From positions 124,001 to 188,000 of the forward strand of contig NW_019029009.1 of the NCBI RefSeq assembly GCF_002105155.1: a DNA stretch of 64,000 bases, given 5' to 3'. Made by a program: the position numbers and the translations under genes. Of the stretch, positions 25,709 through 40,327 are shown in pieces. The stretch comes from Lobosporangium transversale (lineage: Eukaryota). A model generated the notes under the pieces. That model saw nothing but the letters and a program-made list of their open reading frames with translations. It was not told where the DNA came from and ran no database searches. Positions within the stretch are counted from its first letter, which is position 1. Every line of letters begins with the position of its first letter.

Positions 25709-27644
25709 GATAGTATGGATAAAAGATTAAAGCAAAAGGAGGATGACGAGTCGTTTTTAAAGGAAGTATAGCGTGGCTGAGGCTGTAATTACTCAAGGAG
25801 AGGATGTAAGAAAGGATGTGAAAGCGAAGATGGAGGCAAAATGCTGAAGAGAAAAAAAAAAAAAAAAAAAAAGAAAAGGAGAGGATGGTAGGCTTTTATA
25901 TGAATTGGGATGAAGAGGTCGAACAAAGCGAACAGATAGCAGATCCATAATCTATGCCAAAGGAGTCAAACACACGGGCATTCATTTCATTTCAATAGAA
26001 TAAAATTAAACAAAGAAGCTTCGAAGGCGCATCTGGATGGTTGCAACCTTGTTATTATTATAAAAAAGAAAAGCATTCACTTGCATTCAATTCACACAAG
26101 GGCTTTTTTTTTTTTTTTTTTTTTTTACTTTACACACTAACCACTATACACTTTTTCCTCTCCTCCTCATTGTTCATGTTTCCTTAATGTATGCTACCCT
26201 TTTGACAAGTATCAAAGAGGTTTTGTAAGGAAGTCTGAAAAATCTAAAGGCAGAAATGAATGCGATAGTTTTGTGTTTTGCAATGGTTTGCATTCTCTTG
26301 CATCGTTGGTTGCAGGTAATTGTTTGGTCTGTCTCCAGGTGGCACGCCCACAGTTGCAGCTGAATGTTTATTATCAGTCAGCGGTTTGTATACTTTCTCC
26401 AAAGTGAACACGGACATCCATACACAAAGGTGAATGTGATCTCACCTATCATCTCATTTCCGATCCCTCAAGTCTTTCATTCTCGTAATCACATATCCAT
26501 ACTTGTTATCGAGTCATTCATCCCCCACATTTCTCAATCTCTAGGAGAGCAACTGTCACTTCTACATTCTATATCATCAGAGATATTTAGTCTTGTACAG
26601 TTCTTGGGAATGGACAATTACTACTTTGTGTAGATGTCTATTCCTCTGAATCAAATGGCCGATTCTTTTTTGTTCAGTGGGCTCCAGACACAAGTGTCGC
26701 TTGCTTTTTCTCGTGCCTTCTTGGATCACATCCGTGTGCAACCCGCAATGCGCACACATGCAAGGTCTCTCAGATGGTGTATGCTGCAAGGTCGTTGTTT
26801 GGGAAAAAGAGAGACATTCATTCAAAAACCATCGCTCTTTTTGCCCAAATTCCTATCATCATGTATTGTGCTTTTTGGCAAAGGCAAAAGTGACAAGAGA
26901 GAGACAATGCAGTGATTTTCAAAGAGCGATGCTTTACCTCCCCACATATTCCTTTATGGTTACAATGGAGAAAAAATAGAAGGGAGAGAAGTTGAAAAGT
27001 AGCTCAGAATAATTTGTTCACTCCACATTGAACCCACATGCAAGTGTCTAATGGTCTAATGTTGAAATGCTCGTTTTTATTTTATTTTTCTTTATTTATG
27101 GTTCTCTTTGCCCACTCAATGCTCTCATGTTTAAACTAATGGAAGTATTTATGTGTCATACAAACATAGATAAATATTTATTAATATTCATACATAGCAT
27201 TAACTTTCACTTTCCTAGTATCATAACATTGCAACACACTATCATTCTGTAGTTCTGTACCATTGTAGGAAAAAAAAAATCTAATAAAAATTGAGCATCT
27301 TTTGGGTAGAGTGACACTCATGCTCAAACATTATTGTTGATTAGTCGATCAAAGCAAGAATGTACAAGTACGCGTGCAAAAGAAGACCTTGTAGTCTGCT
27401 TAACAAAAAATGGGAGAGACAAACACCCACTGCATTACACTCTGATATGCCAATCCATGATCCCCCTTTTTTTAACATTGTCATTCGTCCTGTACAAATG
27501 GGACTACATATGATTATCCCCTTCTCCTTCTATCTTTCCTCATCTATTGACAATGAAGCGTTGGCTGCATAAAAAAGACCATCTGGATGTAAATAATATT
27601 AGCAAAAACAGTACTATGATCTAAGCAAGTGTATGCAATGCTGT

Positions 27645-27676
<32 letters not shown>

Positions 27677-29980
27677 GTTCGTTCGAGGCACAATTATGAA
27701 GAATCAAATGTATGTTCGCGTACTTTCTCTGTTGTTACTGTTGCTATTGTCACAGAAGATCCGAGAAAGGAGAAGTTGGAAGATGATTGTTACGAAGCAT
27801 GAGCTTCTTTTCCCTCTCTGTTCTCTCTCTCTTCTTGTTCATCATCATATTGCTGCGCTAAACAATTCTCTGTGCAACAACTAACTTGTCTATAGACAGA
27901 GATAAGAAAAGAACCACTTTCACCTGTAAAAAGCATGCTGTGATGCTATGTGAACAGTATATTTGTTTAAAGTATTAAAATATTATATGAATACATGTAT
28001 GTCGTGATGCATATTTTTACTGTACCATGGATATTATGCATTTATGAACCTTCACTATCCTGGCTCCTCTTTTTCCTCTCAGACTTTTAGCCTTTGTTGG
28101 GCACATTATCATGCATGTACTGAGTATTGCGTACTTTGAAACACATTCACTTTGGCTGTGCGTCAAAGTCCCTGATAAACAAAACTAACATGGAATTTCT
28201 CTGCTCACATTTTTTTTTTTTTTTCTTTCGCACAAAAAGCCTTTTCATATGACTGCCACATTCGGTTCAGTCCACGAATCTCTCTCGGTTCGGGGCTCTT
28301 TTTTTTTTATCTTCTACTATGTCCTGTGCTTTTCCTCCAGTGGAGGAAAGGCTCTCTTTGCTCGTGCTTAAAAAAAAAAAACCTTTGTAGACATATCGTA
28401 TAGGTTGGATCTAATGGGGACCGACTGGCGCCATAATAATTATTAAATGTATTATAGTTTTTTTTTTTTTTTTTTTTTTTTTATATTTTTTTTTATAAAA
28501 TAGAAAGCTGCGCGCTTACACAATAGTTTATGGATATTTGTACTGGAGTCTTTGACCATTAGTTGCCATCATCATTCATCCTAACGTTTCTCAGATTTGC
28601 ATATGTCAAGTATAGTAGACATATGAACAGCATTAATATCAAGGATGGTTGTATAGTGTAGCATAACCTGTAGTTTTTCATTCCTTTTACATTAATCTTG
28701 CTTGTTGAAGCACAGACTTTGATCTTTCGCTCTTGTTTGAGAGCAAGGATATTCTTTTTTTTTTTTTTTTTTTTTTTTTTCCTGCAGAGAATTTTGTTGG
28801 GATTTATGGATGGACGATACGCGTTCCTAGGAATTCATCAACAAGCAAGGGAACGTAAACATCTTGTTGAAACAATTCCGGAAAGCAAGCATCATGTGAG
28901 ATGATACGTTTTATTACATGCCTGATGTCTATTAGTAAAAGAGATCGACTTTTACGAAAAAAAGGTAAATGTAATAATATAGATGTGTATATAACCATAA
29001 GATGCACATTTGTCTCTTTGTTTTCCATCCCATTAAACGCTCGTGCGCTTTTACATTAGCAAAATATTGAATGAGGCAAATACATGGGAAATTTAGGCTT
29101 CGCCTCAAGTTGAAAATACAGGAATATTTTTATTAATTAATTAATACTGCTATGCAAACCCATGGTTAAAATGTTTTTGTTTGGACACATGTCAAAACGA
29201 CAATAGCGCATTGCCACCGAGGCTTTTTTTTTTTTTTTTTTTTTTTTTTTTGGAGTCGATAAAAAGTATTTCAGCACTTGCGACTTTTAATGTAGGATCA
29301 CTATGATCTTTAAATGCATTAATACAGTAGACATAATTATTAATCATAATCATAGTCATAATACATATAATAATACTAGTATATAGTATATATAATACAT
29401 AATAGTAATCAGCATCCTCATCCTCGTCAAAGGTCTAGCCATCTGTCTCATTCACTTTTGTCACTTTGAAGAAAATGTGCGAGTGATCAAAGTTAATTTG
29501 TTCATGTACATGTACACTTACACAATTAGGGTGAGTGCTGCAGCTTAGTTTTATTTGTGCTCTGAATGTTTTAAGGCTCTTTTTTTTTTTTTTTTTTTTT
29601 TTTCTTTTGCCTGCACGTCCCTGTCTCTCCCCACAAGCTTTTTAAAAAAACAAAGTGGAGAAGGCTGCCACTTTGAGAACACATTAAAATAAAAGAAATC
29701 GATAATTATTCCCACTAACGAATATAGCTGTCTAGTCTAAACGTCATTTTACTCAAATTTGATGTTTATTTATAAAGTTGATTTCAATTATATAACACAA
29801 TTGAAAATACGGTTGTATATAGATATAATATATATTTGTTATAAATATACTTGAATAAATATTAACACACTTCATCTGATCAGCATTCTTATTTTATTTT
29901 ATTTTATTTTATTTTATTTTAATTTATTCCGACTTCCAGAAGGAATCGCTCGCTCTATCATTTCCTCTTCGCCAATTTGC

Positions 29981-30703
29981 CTATTCATACATGTCAACAT
30001 CTTCTCCAAAGTTGTCACCAGTCGATCCCCCTTGCCCAGCTGACGCAGCCGCCGCCGTCTTCCTTTGCCTTGCACTTTCCAATTCTGCTTTAGCTCTTAT
30101 TCTGCCTTCTTCCACTAGCCCTTCAAGTTTTCCTTCCTGAGCTAGTCCCTTCAAGAGTTCATATACTAACGGTACAAAATTATGTCTCCGTAACTTATTC
30201 TCTCTCTGTTGTTTCATCCGCTTCTCTTCTTCCTTAACAATGTCTTGTTTCAAGTTCTCAATCTCGCCCTTCAACCATCCACCTGCTTCAGGACCTTCTC
30301 TTTGTTGTAACGCCGCAAGTTGTGCCTCATACGATGCCTTCTTTTCCTCATAGACCTTGATCCGATCATCCACCACTGCCATCAAATTGAATCGGATCTC
30401 CCCTCCTGCATATTGTGCCATTCGTGCTTGAATAATAGGTCCTACTTTTTCAAGCCATGAATCGCCAGGGCACGGACCATGATTCCGAGGCCCTTCCTGT
30501 AACCCGTCCAGTTCATATAGTTGACCATTGATGGGAGTATAGGCGATAAAGTGAAAGAGGTCTTCTTTCTCCTTAGAACCAGGATCATTCATTTCATTGA
30601 TAAATGGATCTGAACGCGCAAATGAGTTGTGAACTGTGCGGATCAAATCCGAATTGGTGATCGCGACACCTTTCAACTAGATAAATGGTTGGTAGTAACA
30701 TCC

Positions 30704-30737
<34 letters not shown>

Positions 30738-31603
30738 GGAGAAAATGTTAGATGCTTTAAATGAATAGATAATAACAGGTATAATAAAAGAGATACAGTA
30801 CCTCTGCTGGAAAATCGGATACAAATGATTTGAAATTGGTGAGTTCTTCTCCTAGATCAATTGATGGTGAATTAAGAAGGACCGATAAAATCGCCTGCGT
30901 AGCACAGGCATTGGTAATGACCTAAAAAAAAGTAAAAAAAAAAAAGAAAGCGAGGTAAAAGCGCCTTTTTTTAAATATGATACTCAAAAAGAAAAGAAAC
31001 GAGAAGAAAATGAAAAAATAAAATAAAATAAAATAAAAATGACAGTTTTAATTATTAGGTAAACTTACTTGTTGTGCAAAAAAGACCTTGTCATTATCAT
31101 ATTCAATTGGTGCCTGTGATCCGGGTGTGGATGCTGGATTACGACCTTCCCACTTGAATAAGAAGATTAGGCCATGTACAGGTCTAGAAAAATTCAATTT
31201 TCTTTCTCTTAGCGCTTGTCCAATCCAATAAGATAAAAAAAAAAAAAAAAAAAAACCACTGAGGAAAAGCAAAACAGAAAAAGGATCCGTATATATTATA
31301 TATACCTCAAATCCTCCAATGTTTCCTTATCGATAGAATAAATCTCCTCAACTTGAACTCCATTAACACCGATTCCTTTAATGAGTCCGGTAAATACACC
31401 TATAATTGTACATATTTATCAATGAATTAATAAATAGTTTGTTCAATATCATATCATAAAAAAAATGTGGACCGCAAGCTGGTCTCACACACAATCTTTT
31501 TTTTTTTTTTTTTTTTTTTGTTTCCTCATTGTTCAATGAGCCTTCGCTATAAATTACCAGGATCGCTTTCAATTAGGCACCAATTTCCTGTGTCATCTCC
31601 CAT
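29981..31603 (-). CDS. UCHL5: Ubiquitin C-terminal hydrolase UCH37/UCHL5
   Basis: MGDDTGNWCLIESDPG, PVHGLIFLFKW, FFAQQVITNACATQAI, FHFIAY, LYELDGL, EIRFNLMAV, ENKLRRHNF. Confidence 0.93.
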
Positions 31604-32252
31604 GGTGTAAGAATGGTATTCTGAACTTGAAAATGAAGGTTGGAGCTGTGAGGTTCGCGCTCCAGAGATATCGCTAAAATCACGTCACGCCCTGATCTCA
31701 CCACGTGAACTTGTTGCCTTGATGCGTGTCCCACCACAAACTCCATCCCTGCTTCGTTTTTACTAGAGCTTGTTTGCAAGTCTGAAGTACTTCGCTTACG
31801 CCCCTTTTGAGGGTCATTACTGTCAGAGCTGTTAAAGCCTTTTATATCTGTACGATCATGCTTTGATTTCATCCAAGGATATGCCTCCTTTTAACAAGTT
31901 GGTAATACTTTTTTAATGGCACAGAAAACTGCAATGACTTGCATACCGCGTGGTAAAGTCCTCAAAGCTCGACTTGCCCAACAAACTCATTACACGTGAC
32001 GTACTTAATGGAAATCGAAAGCGCTCATTTATACTTTTCCTGAGAATCGTGCTATGAAAACTAAAAAGTAGATCTAGTTAAGAGCCATTGTTGTCCTTCA
32101 TTGATGCTGCCTATCACTGGCGGGCACACTCGATATATTTTTTGATGGTGGCCTTCATGCATACCTGTAGAGGGCTAGACAGTAGAATAAGTGCGTCCAA
32201 AGGCTAAGTCATATAACTGATAGCGAGACGAGAGCGATATTATATCAACTTA

Positions 32253-32409
32253 CTCAAACTTGGAGTAGATGAGCAACTCCCTGGCAGCGCATCGCCCTGA
32301 TAGTCAGTATGTTATGCTGACGCACACGTAAGAGGGATTTACCCTTCTGGGTGAAACTGGGTCGTAGGCGCTGCCAGGTAGCCAAGCAGGGGGCTGTTTG
32401 AGATATACA
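32253..32409 (+). ncRNA. Candidate structured non-coding RNA (multibranch hairpin)
   Basis: Perfect 11-bp stem 32280-32290/32368-32378, two inner hairpins, outer CTCAAAC/GTTTGAG pairing, ACA at 32407-32409. No family recognised. Confidence 0.35.
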
Positions 32410-32982
32410 ATCATTTTCAATCCCCATCTGACAAAAAGGATTTCCAATAACTGAAGTAGAAGGTATATTTACTAGGGAAAAAAAATAATAATAGCATATT
32501 TACCTAATCTCTCCGCCCCGCGTACGAGTTCAATGTTCATTTTTGAAGCAGCCGAGTAGATATAGCGTGATAAACGAAAGGCTTACTTACACGGATCAGT
32601 TTTAAAAAAAAAACAAAACATTAACAAAATAAAAAGAGGGCTACTGAATCTGCAAGTTTTCTCTGTCCTCGCTCATAGAATTTTTTTTTTGTATTTTTAT
32701 CTTCTTTCTTAATCAACTTGGCCAAAGGTACTTCATAATCTCTTTCGTGCTGGTAACTTCATTACAAAAACGCACACAATGCCATTAGGCCTCTGTTTGA
32801 TCTTGTCTTTTTTCTTTTGAATTTGAATTTGGGTATTTTTATTAAAGCTTTGCAGGACTGAATAGCAAGTGGTATTCTATTATAGATGTTGGTCATGAAA
32901 TGAGATATTAAAAAAGTATTGAGTAAAATACAAGGCATGTAGTTGGTCTAACAAATGTGTGTGTGTGTGTGTGTGTTTTTTT

Positions 32983-35413
32983 TTAAGCTCTCACGGAATA
33001 GTAATTAGCACCACCAAGTGGGCAGTGGTCAAAGTTGCCATCCTCAGGATTGCCCCACCAATGAGGCATTGTAACTTTCCAGGACTGAATAGAGAAGAAT
33101 ATGACCAGACCGCAGATCGCGACCCCGCTATCCATAGCAGCCGACGTCAAGTAATTGTAACGAGCCCACCAGTTATAACGGTAACGTCTGAGTAAGAATG
33201 CAAATATGAAGCCCAGGAAGAGACCGTTGGTATAGAAGTAAGGAAGGGCCGGAGGCATGTTGGACGTGGCTGCCAACAACACGGGCCAGTGCACATACTT
33301 CAACCAGGTCACATTAGGGAACTTACGAGCCAAGAGCCAGAAGGGGATGGGTAAGATTGCGCCAATCAGAAAGCCCCATTGCACAGGGGAGTAAATAGCA
33401 CCATCAACGTTACCAAAGACACGGGCAGGGCCGATAGCGCCCCAGATGACAGAAGCAGAGTAGAATGTGTTAGTGGAACGGCATGTGAAGGGATATCCGT
33501 CCTTAGTGCAGATAGTGGGATGAGCGTTAAGCAACCAGGTGACGGTACCCAGGTTGATGGTGCCACTGATGAGGGTCGAGACAATCTGAGCCATGAACAT
33601 GACGCGGGGAGGGATCTTCATGTAGTGACCGAGCTTCAAATCTGCGGTGAAGGTCAAAGCCTGAACGTTGACAATGTAGCCATAGGTTTTGAACGTAACG
33701 TTGGCAATGGCATGCCCAGGGAGCATGTAACCGATCACATACTCTGTAATGATGTTCAAACCAGGCTGCTGGTTAGTCACGGCCTGGACAACGCCGACCG
33801 GGAGGACAAAAAAGATAGCAATAGCCATGGCCAAGAGGACGGCCCACCAAGGCATGAACTCCCACACGACACAGGTAACTAAACTCAAACCCAGAGAAAT
33901 GACAAAGAGTGAGATGTACCACCAGTCAGGGACTTCAGGATAGACACGCATAAGTCGCGAATGAATATCCTCGTTTTCCAGACGAGCGGACTTCCAACGG
34001 GCAATCAGCTCCTGACCATTATAGAGAATGACATGAACAATAGTGGCTGTGAGGCCAGCGAAGCCGACTCCGTAGGTTAAAGCAAAGAAGGAGTCCATGC
34101 GGAGGGGGCCGTAAGCCCTGTACTTTTCCTCATCCAGAACATTGTTGACCAGGATCATAGATTTGTTGTAAATAGCTCCATCTTCACGAAACAGATCTGC
34201 AGACAAAATAGGGTAGCTCTTGGACTTCCAAAGATCGGTGTAGTAGGCCCAGGGAACCATGACCCAGGCAATGAAAATGAAGCCAATAAGGATATTCACC
34301 TGTGCGAACCAAGGTGTGACTAAAGGTTGGACATAGTATGAGGCAGACCAGTCAAGGGCAATGGTTCCTATGCCGAGACCATTGGAGCCGGTCAGCTGAG
34401 AGAGAACAATGTTGTCAGGGTTGATCCAGCAGATCCAGGAGAGTACGCCGATGGTGGGAAAGATGAATCCGGGGAACCAGTAATAAAGAAATGAGCCAAG
34501 AGTGACTAACAAGAAATATCTCATCCTAGTCATACGGCCATCCTCCCCAGGGAGGTTACTGGAAGCATGAAGTGAACGAAACAGAGAGGCTGTCACCAAG
34601 GTCGAGGGCCAGATCATGTGTGCAGGGCGGACCAGGAACTTGCGGAGAGCGCCAGCTAGAGAAAACCCAGTGACCTGAGTTGTGAAGACTAAGAGAAGCC
34701 CTGCAATAAATGGTTTTTCAGACCCATAAAACAGCTTCTGTAGGATAATGATATCAACGGCATACGCTGTACTGGTGTTGACAGCAGTCATAGTCCCAAT
34801 CAAAATGTGTTCCTTGACGGAGAAAGGGCCAGGGTTGAGAGTGAAGTTCCAGCCAAAAAGACTGACCTCGCCCATTGGAAGGACTTTGGCCATGAGGTGG
34901 CCTAAGGGGAGCGAGACCAAGGCAACAACGGAGTATCCGATCGAGATCTGAGTTTGCCTGAGGTAGAAGAATTGATTGATGAAGGAGATGACAGCGGTGA
35001 AGAACAGGCCAAGGAACCACATGCGAAAAGTATTACAGGGCATAAAGGGATCATCCGTATCTGTAGGAATTGTAGATTAAAGAATACATTGTATGTGTTA
35101 ATTCCAATATTAGAATGGCAGGTGTGAACAATGGAGGGAAAATACGTTAAACGGGGCCTAGGGGATGATGGCTCACAGACAAAAAAAGACAAATGATCGA
35201 CGTTGGTTCCCCAGATCGATATTTTTGTTTATGGCTGGTGCAAACAACAATAATGAGGGTTGTAGCAGGCAAAAAGAGCATGGACATACTAGGGATAGTG
35301 ACGCGGACTTCCTCAATAGGGGAGTCATCCTCTTCCTCGAGGTCATAATCAGGGACAATGTCCTCGACCTTCCAGTTGTTGATCCTCTCAGCAAAGTATT
35401 CCTCTTTGCTCAT
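32983..35413 (-). CDS. OPT-family oligopeptide transporter
   Basis: DSPIEEVRVTIP (SPYxEVR-like), NPGPFSVKEH, YPEVPDWWY, DLKLGHYMKIPPR; two exons. Confidence 0.95.
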
Positions 35414-37254
35414 TGTTTGTGAAGGTTGTAAGGATATGGCTTAGAGCCAGCTAGTGGATGTGAAGGCGTATTCGCTTTGATATGACAAGAGGAAAGGAGC
35501 AATGCGCAAAGGAGTAAAAGAAGAAAGGAAAAAAAGAACAAAAGGGGAAGAAGGAAAGTAGGAGAGGAGGTGTTAGCTATTGAAAAAAGTTTGACAAGGA
35601 AGGTTGTAGAGTGGTCAAGGTAATGAGGGCCAAGAGGAAACAGAGAGCTCCTTATATATCTCGTATGGCATACATGTAATAGTGGCACCGGCAGTGGTGG
35701 TATCAAGACATGGGGTCTGAACGAATGGAAGGGTATTGTGGACAATGAGCAAAAATAGCCAGGAATACAAAACAATTAACTGATAAAAACAAACAAAAGG
35801 GACAGATAGTACAAATAAGCATTAGCAAACGGTAAATGGGGATGGGTGGCCTTGCTGAGAGTAGCTCTGGTATGCTCTTGTTGGCCCGATTAAAAGCTAT
35901 GATACACTCAGGGCCTAATGTCTCCTGGATGCCATGGCGACAAGGACCGCAGTATAACTATTCCCTTTTATTATTTGCATCCAAATGTGACAGATGATTA
36001 TGAAGTTCGTTTCATGTCTCATTTCGCTTATCGCGTCCACTTGTAGCACTCATTTCCCTTTGTTGGTGCCAAGCTACCTTGATCCATTTTTACACAGTCA
36101 ACCACAATAAGGACAGACTGCTCTTTATACCCAAAAAAAGATTGAGTGAATATGGAGGATGAAGAAGGAGCTGATGCATTATCCATTAGGCTTTTGAGAG
36201 TTCCCACCGTCTGTCATAGCTTGATATAGCAATGAGTCTGCCATGGCGGATCGACCTGAAGGCATTTAGATATATTTATCTTTCTTTCAAATGCTATCGC
36301 ATAATTGTAATAATGGCCATTGCACCAACCTGCGCTATACATACCATCTTAGACCCTGTCTTTTTGTTATATTATTAATAAATATATATTAAAGCGACGT
36401 CTCGTGGCTCTCCTTCTGGAAGGCTTAGGGATATTTCGATTTAGAAACCCAACCCAAAGACGGTGTGTTGGGAAACAATGCGCAAAGGAGATTAGACAAA
36501 AAAAAGAAAGCATTCTTGTTTTTAAAGACACATTACTTTTGTATGTTAATGCACGGATCTAGAAAAAAAAATACGCGGCTAGCTCTTCTGGTCACTCTTT
36601 ACCATTGGAAATGGATCGTCTGAAGGTGTTCTTGCAAGTGCTATGCTGCTATTATGCGTATATCAGCGCGCTATTTGTCCAGTTCCTCTCCTCCACAAGC
36701 TTCTTATTCTTCTCTCTCATCTTGCGTTTTGCGCGCGCAATCGGCAATAAATTCGTTTCAGTCTTTTCGTGCGACCAGCAGTGTTTATGAGTGAAAAAAG
36801 CTACACCAGTACACCGAAGCCAAGTTTTTTTTTTTTTTTTTTTTTTTTTTTGACCAGTGAGATTAGCTGGTGCGATGTATAGCTGGTATTCTAGTGAAAG
36901 AATGGTGTATCCTGATAAGAGAGCAGTGTTGGATAGGTCAATGTACCAGAAGACACCGAAAGAGGCGGGAGTAGTGGCAAACTTTGGAACAGAAATAAAG
37001 CGGCCCATGACGCCAATGAGGTTTCAAACGAACGACATCGCGCCAGATTAACAGCATGTCTGACATGTCTGATTAATTTATTTCTCTAGCATGTGGGACT
37101 TACCAAGATCCGACAACCCGTTCACATATTGGGATCTGCTGGATCCTGGTATCTGTCGAATCCATTCATTAAATACATATTTACATAAATGTTTTTTTTG
37201 AAAATTGAATGGTTTCTTCACAACTTCTTGTGCTGTTAAAAGTATCTATCTAGC

Positions 37255-38699
37255 TTATAGAATCTTGGGTTTTGAACGCTCAAACTCCTCGCGAATAGAC
37301 TTGGCAAACTCTGCATCCAACAAAACATCCAGAGCAGTCAATGAAAGGCCCTTCGCTGCACGGATGGTGGCCTTATGAGCCACCTCAGTTCCTGCGCGCT
37401 CTGCAAACAAGGCAGAATGAGTGGTCAGACCCGGTTCACGTTCACCGTCCAGGCTAGCGATGTTGAAGACTGGGTGAATACCTGGCAAGGCGACCGTGAC
37501 GTTGCCCATATCGGTTGAGCCTGCAGGAGTGGTCTCGTCTACTTCACGCGAGTTGTAACGAACCCCAAATGACTTCATGTATTCTCCAAAACGATCTGCT
37601 AATGGTGGGTTATTGTTGAGTGGCGAATACTGCATTGGTTCCTTAATATTGAGAGTACAACCTGAAGCTTCGGCAGAGGACTTTGCAATTTCTGCAATCT
37701 GATCGTGCAGCTTGAGAAGGTCTTCATTTTTGTTGGCACGATACAACGTTGTCATTGATGCCAGTTCTGGGATGACTACAAAAAAAAAAAAAAAAAAAAA
37801 AAAAAAAGAAATGATATAAGACATCTGTAAAAACTGTTGTATCCATCCAATATCATGATGATTAATGGCGGAGAGTACTTACTATTAGCGGCTTGACCAC
37901 CATTGGTGACAATTGAGTGGATTCTGTTAGTTGGTAAAGTCTGTTGGCGGAATAGGCCAATGGCGTTATATGTCATACAGACCGCGTCAAGAGCATTGAT
38001 CCCTAACATTAAAGTCAATGGATGAATGCATTCAGTCTCAAACGTTGATTCAGCATTCCTCGCCATCTACTTTCAGCATTTTCATAAAAAAAATTACTCA
38101 CCTTCCCATGGGCTTGCTGAAGCATGAGATGCCTTTCCATGGAACTCAAAGTCAAAGCGTCCAACGCCCAAGGGCTGCCTGTAAAGAACATCAAATTGAG
38201 CAGGATGAACCATCATACAGGCATCCAACCCATTGAACGCGCCACGTTCCAACATTGGGCGCTTCCCACCCAGTGTTTCCTCAGCGGGAGTACCCAACAG
38301 ACGAACTTTACCACGGATATTATTTTTCTCCATTGCAGCCTTGACACCGAGGGCAGCAGCGACACCTGAGATTGCAATTAAATTGTGTCCGCAACCATGG
38401 CCGATGGAGGGCAAAGCGTCGTATTCAGAGCAGAATCCAACAGACCGAATTGGTTCATCGACTGCAGAACCAGAACCTTGATTCTCATATTCTGCAATAA
38501 AGGCTGTAGAGATATCGCAGGCTTGTCGGGTTACTTGGAATCCTTGTTGCTCCAGATAGTCTGTGAGTGTCTTGTGAGCAAAATGTTCCTCGTATCCCAA
38601 TTCAGGATGATCATGGATCTGGATGGAAAGCTGACGGAGACTGGCGTCTGCGTTGTCAATGGCCTCCAGAGCGTCGTCTTTTCCTGGTCCTTGTTGCAT
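37255..38699 (-). CDS. M20 family amidohydrolase (PM20D2/ACY1L2-like)
   Basis: IHDHPELGYEE, SEYDALPSIGHGCGHNLI, GTPAEE, GKASHASASPWEGINALDA, GSTDMGNV. Confidence 0.92.
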
Positions 38700-39265
38700 G
38701 GTCTGAATTTTATTTCTGAAAGACAGAGGGGGAACAAGCGAAGAGGTAGGTTGAACGTGTGAGCGAAGTGAAGAGTGAAGTGAGGAAGAATAAAAGTCGG
38801 GGATGCGTGAGAAAAGAGGGAAACAGCGTACTTGCCTTTTGAGGAAAGAAATGCAACCATTTTTTGATGGTGCTGATGATCCTAAAAGATTCCCAGGACA
38901 GTCTAGCACTGTCGTGACCATGTAACACGCAATTAGAGCATACTTTTCAATAACGCGTTCAGCTACATTTTCTTATTATCCACATGTAATAACATGTATA
39001 TTCTTCCATCATTAATTGATAACTGGAACAGAAACATAGTGTCCAATGTATGGATAAGCTACCCCTAGAATGCAAAAGAAGACAACGTTTAGCACTGTCG
39101 AGACATTTTTTAGTCACCCATCTAATGCCCCTGAAATACTGAAAACGTGATCTATAATAAACGTCACGCTCGCACTCCATACCCTCTTTTGCATCAGTAC
39201 AGTGTTTCCTCTCCTCATTCATTCTCTTCGCCTTTCTAGACTTTTAAGAAACTCGACAAAGAACA

Positions 39266-39840
39266 ATGGAGGCACTCTTCTTCAACGCTGACGATGGATA
39301 CCTTGAGGGCATTGTGCGCGGATACCGTAGCAGCATCCTCACTAACACCGCTTACATTAATTTAACCCAGTGTGAGACTCTTGAAGGTAACAAGGAAGAA
39401 TTATATCTTCTACATATGGCATTCTCTTCCGCCTCACTCTTTCATTCTTATCGTAGTGAAAAAGAAAAACCAATACTCATTATTATCGTCTATTTTTTTT
39501 CCTCACTCATTATCATAACAACTACAACTACAACCACAACTACAATTACAACTACAAATGCAACAAAAACAACAAAAAAAAAAGATGTAAAACTTCAACT
39601 CACTGCTTCCGACTATGGTTCACTTCTACAGAACGAGGCCAAAATTTCGACGTCGTTGTTGTCCGAGAAATGCAGGGACAAGCTTATTCAGGAGTTTGAG
39701 TACATTCGCGCTCACGCTGTTGCACCTCTTTCACAGTTCTTGGACTTTATGACGTGAGTTCATTATCCCCTTTTTTTCTAGATTATGGACTCTTTTTATA
39801 TCCAGTTGCGAGTTAAAAAAAAAGGGAACTAACCGACTTT

Positions 39841-39873
<33 letters not shown>

Positions 39874-40296
39874 GGTACGCCTATATGATTGATAATGTCA
39901 TTTTGCTGATCACAGGCACATTGCATGAGCGTGACACGCACGAGCTCCTGAATAAATGCCACCCTTTGGGTAATTTTGACAGTATGCCTGCGCTTTGTGT
40001 AGCAACAAATGTGGCCGAGTTATATAATTCTGTCTTGGTCGAGACACCATTGGCACCTTATTTCAAGGATTGTCTGTCAGCAGAGGATCTGGATGAAATG
40101 AATATTGAAATCATCAGGAACACACTCTATAAGGCTTACTTGGAGGACTTTTATCATTTCACTCAGAGTTTCGGAGGTCCCACAGCAGAAATTATGGGAG
40201 AACTATTGCAGGTAAAAAAAAAAAAAAAAAAAAAAAAAAGCACCAATAATAGCTGCAACAGCCGTCAATAAGTAAACTCATGCATGACTTTCTCTG

Positions 40297-40327
<31 letters not shown>

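Noticed and set aside
24181..25771. Long plus-strand ORFs opposite the CRAL-TRIO gene
   Set aside because: Antisense shadows caused by strong codon bias.
32297..32363. Hammerhead ribozyme (CTGATAG...GAAAC...GTC)
   Set aside because: Core deviates from CUGANGA and the three stems do not close properly around it.
36652..37051. Short ORFs between the OPT and M20 genes
   Set aside because: No recognisable domain and no convincing splice model.
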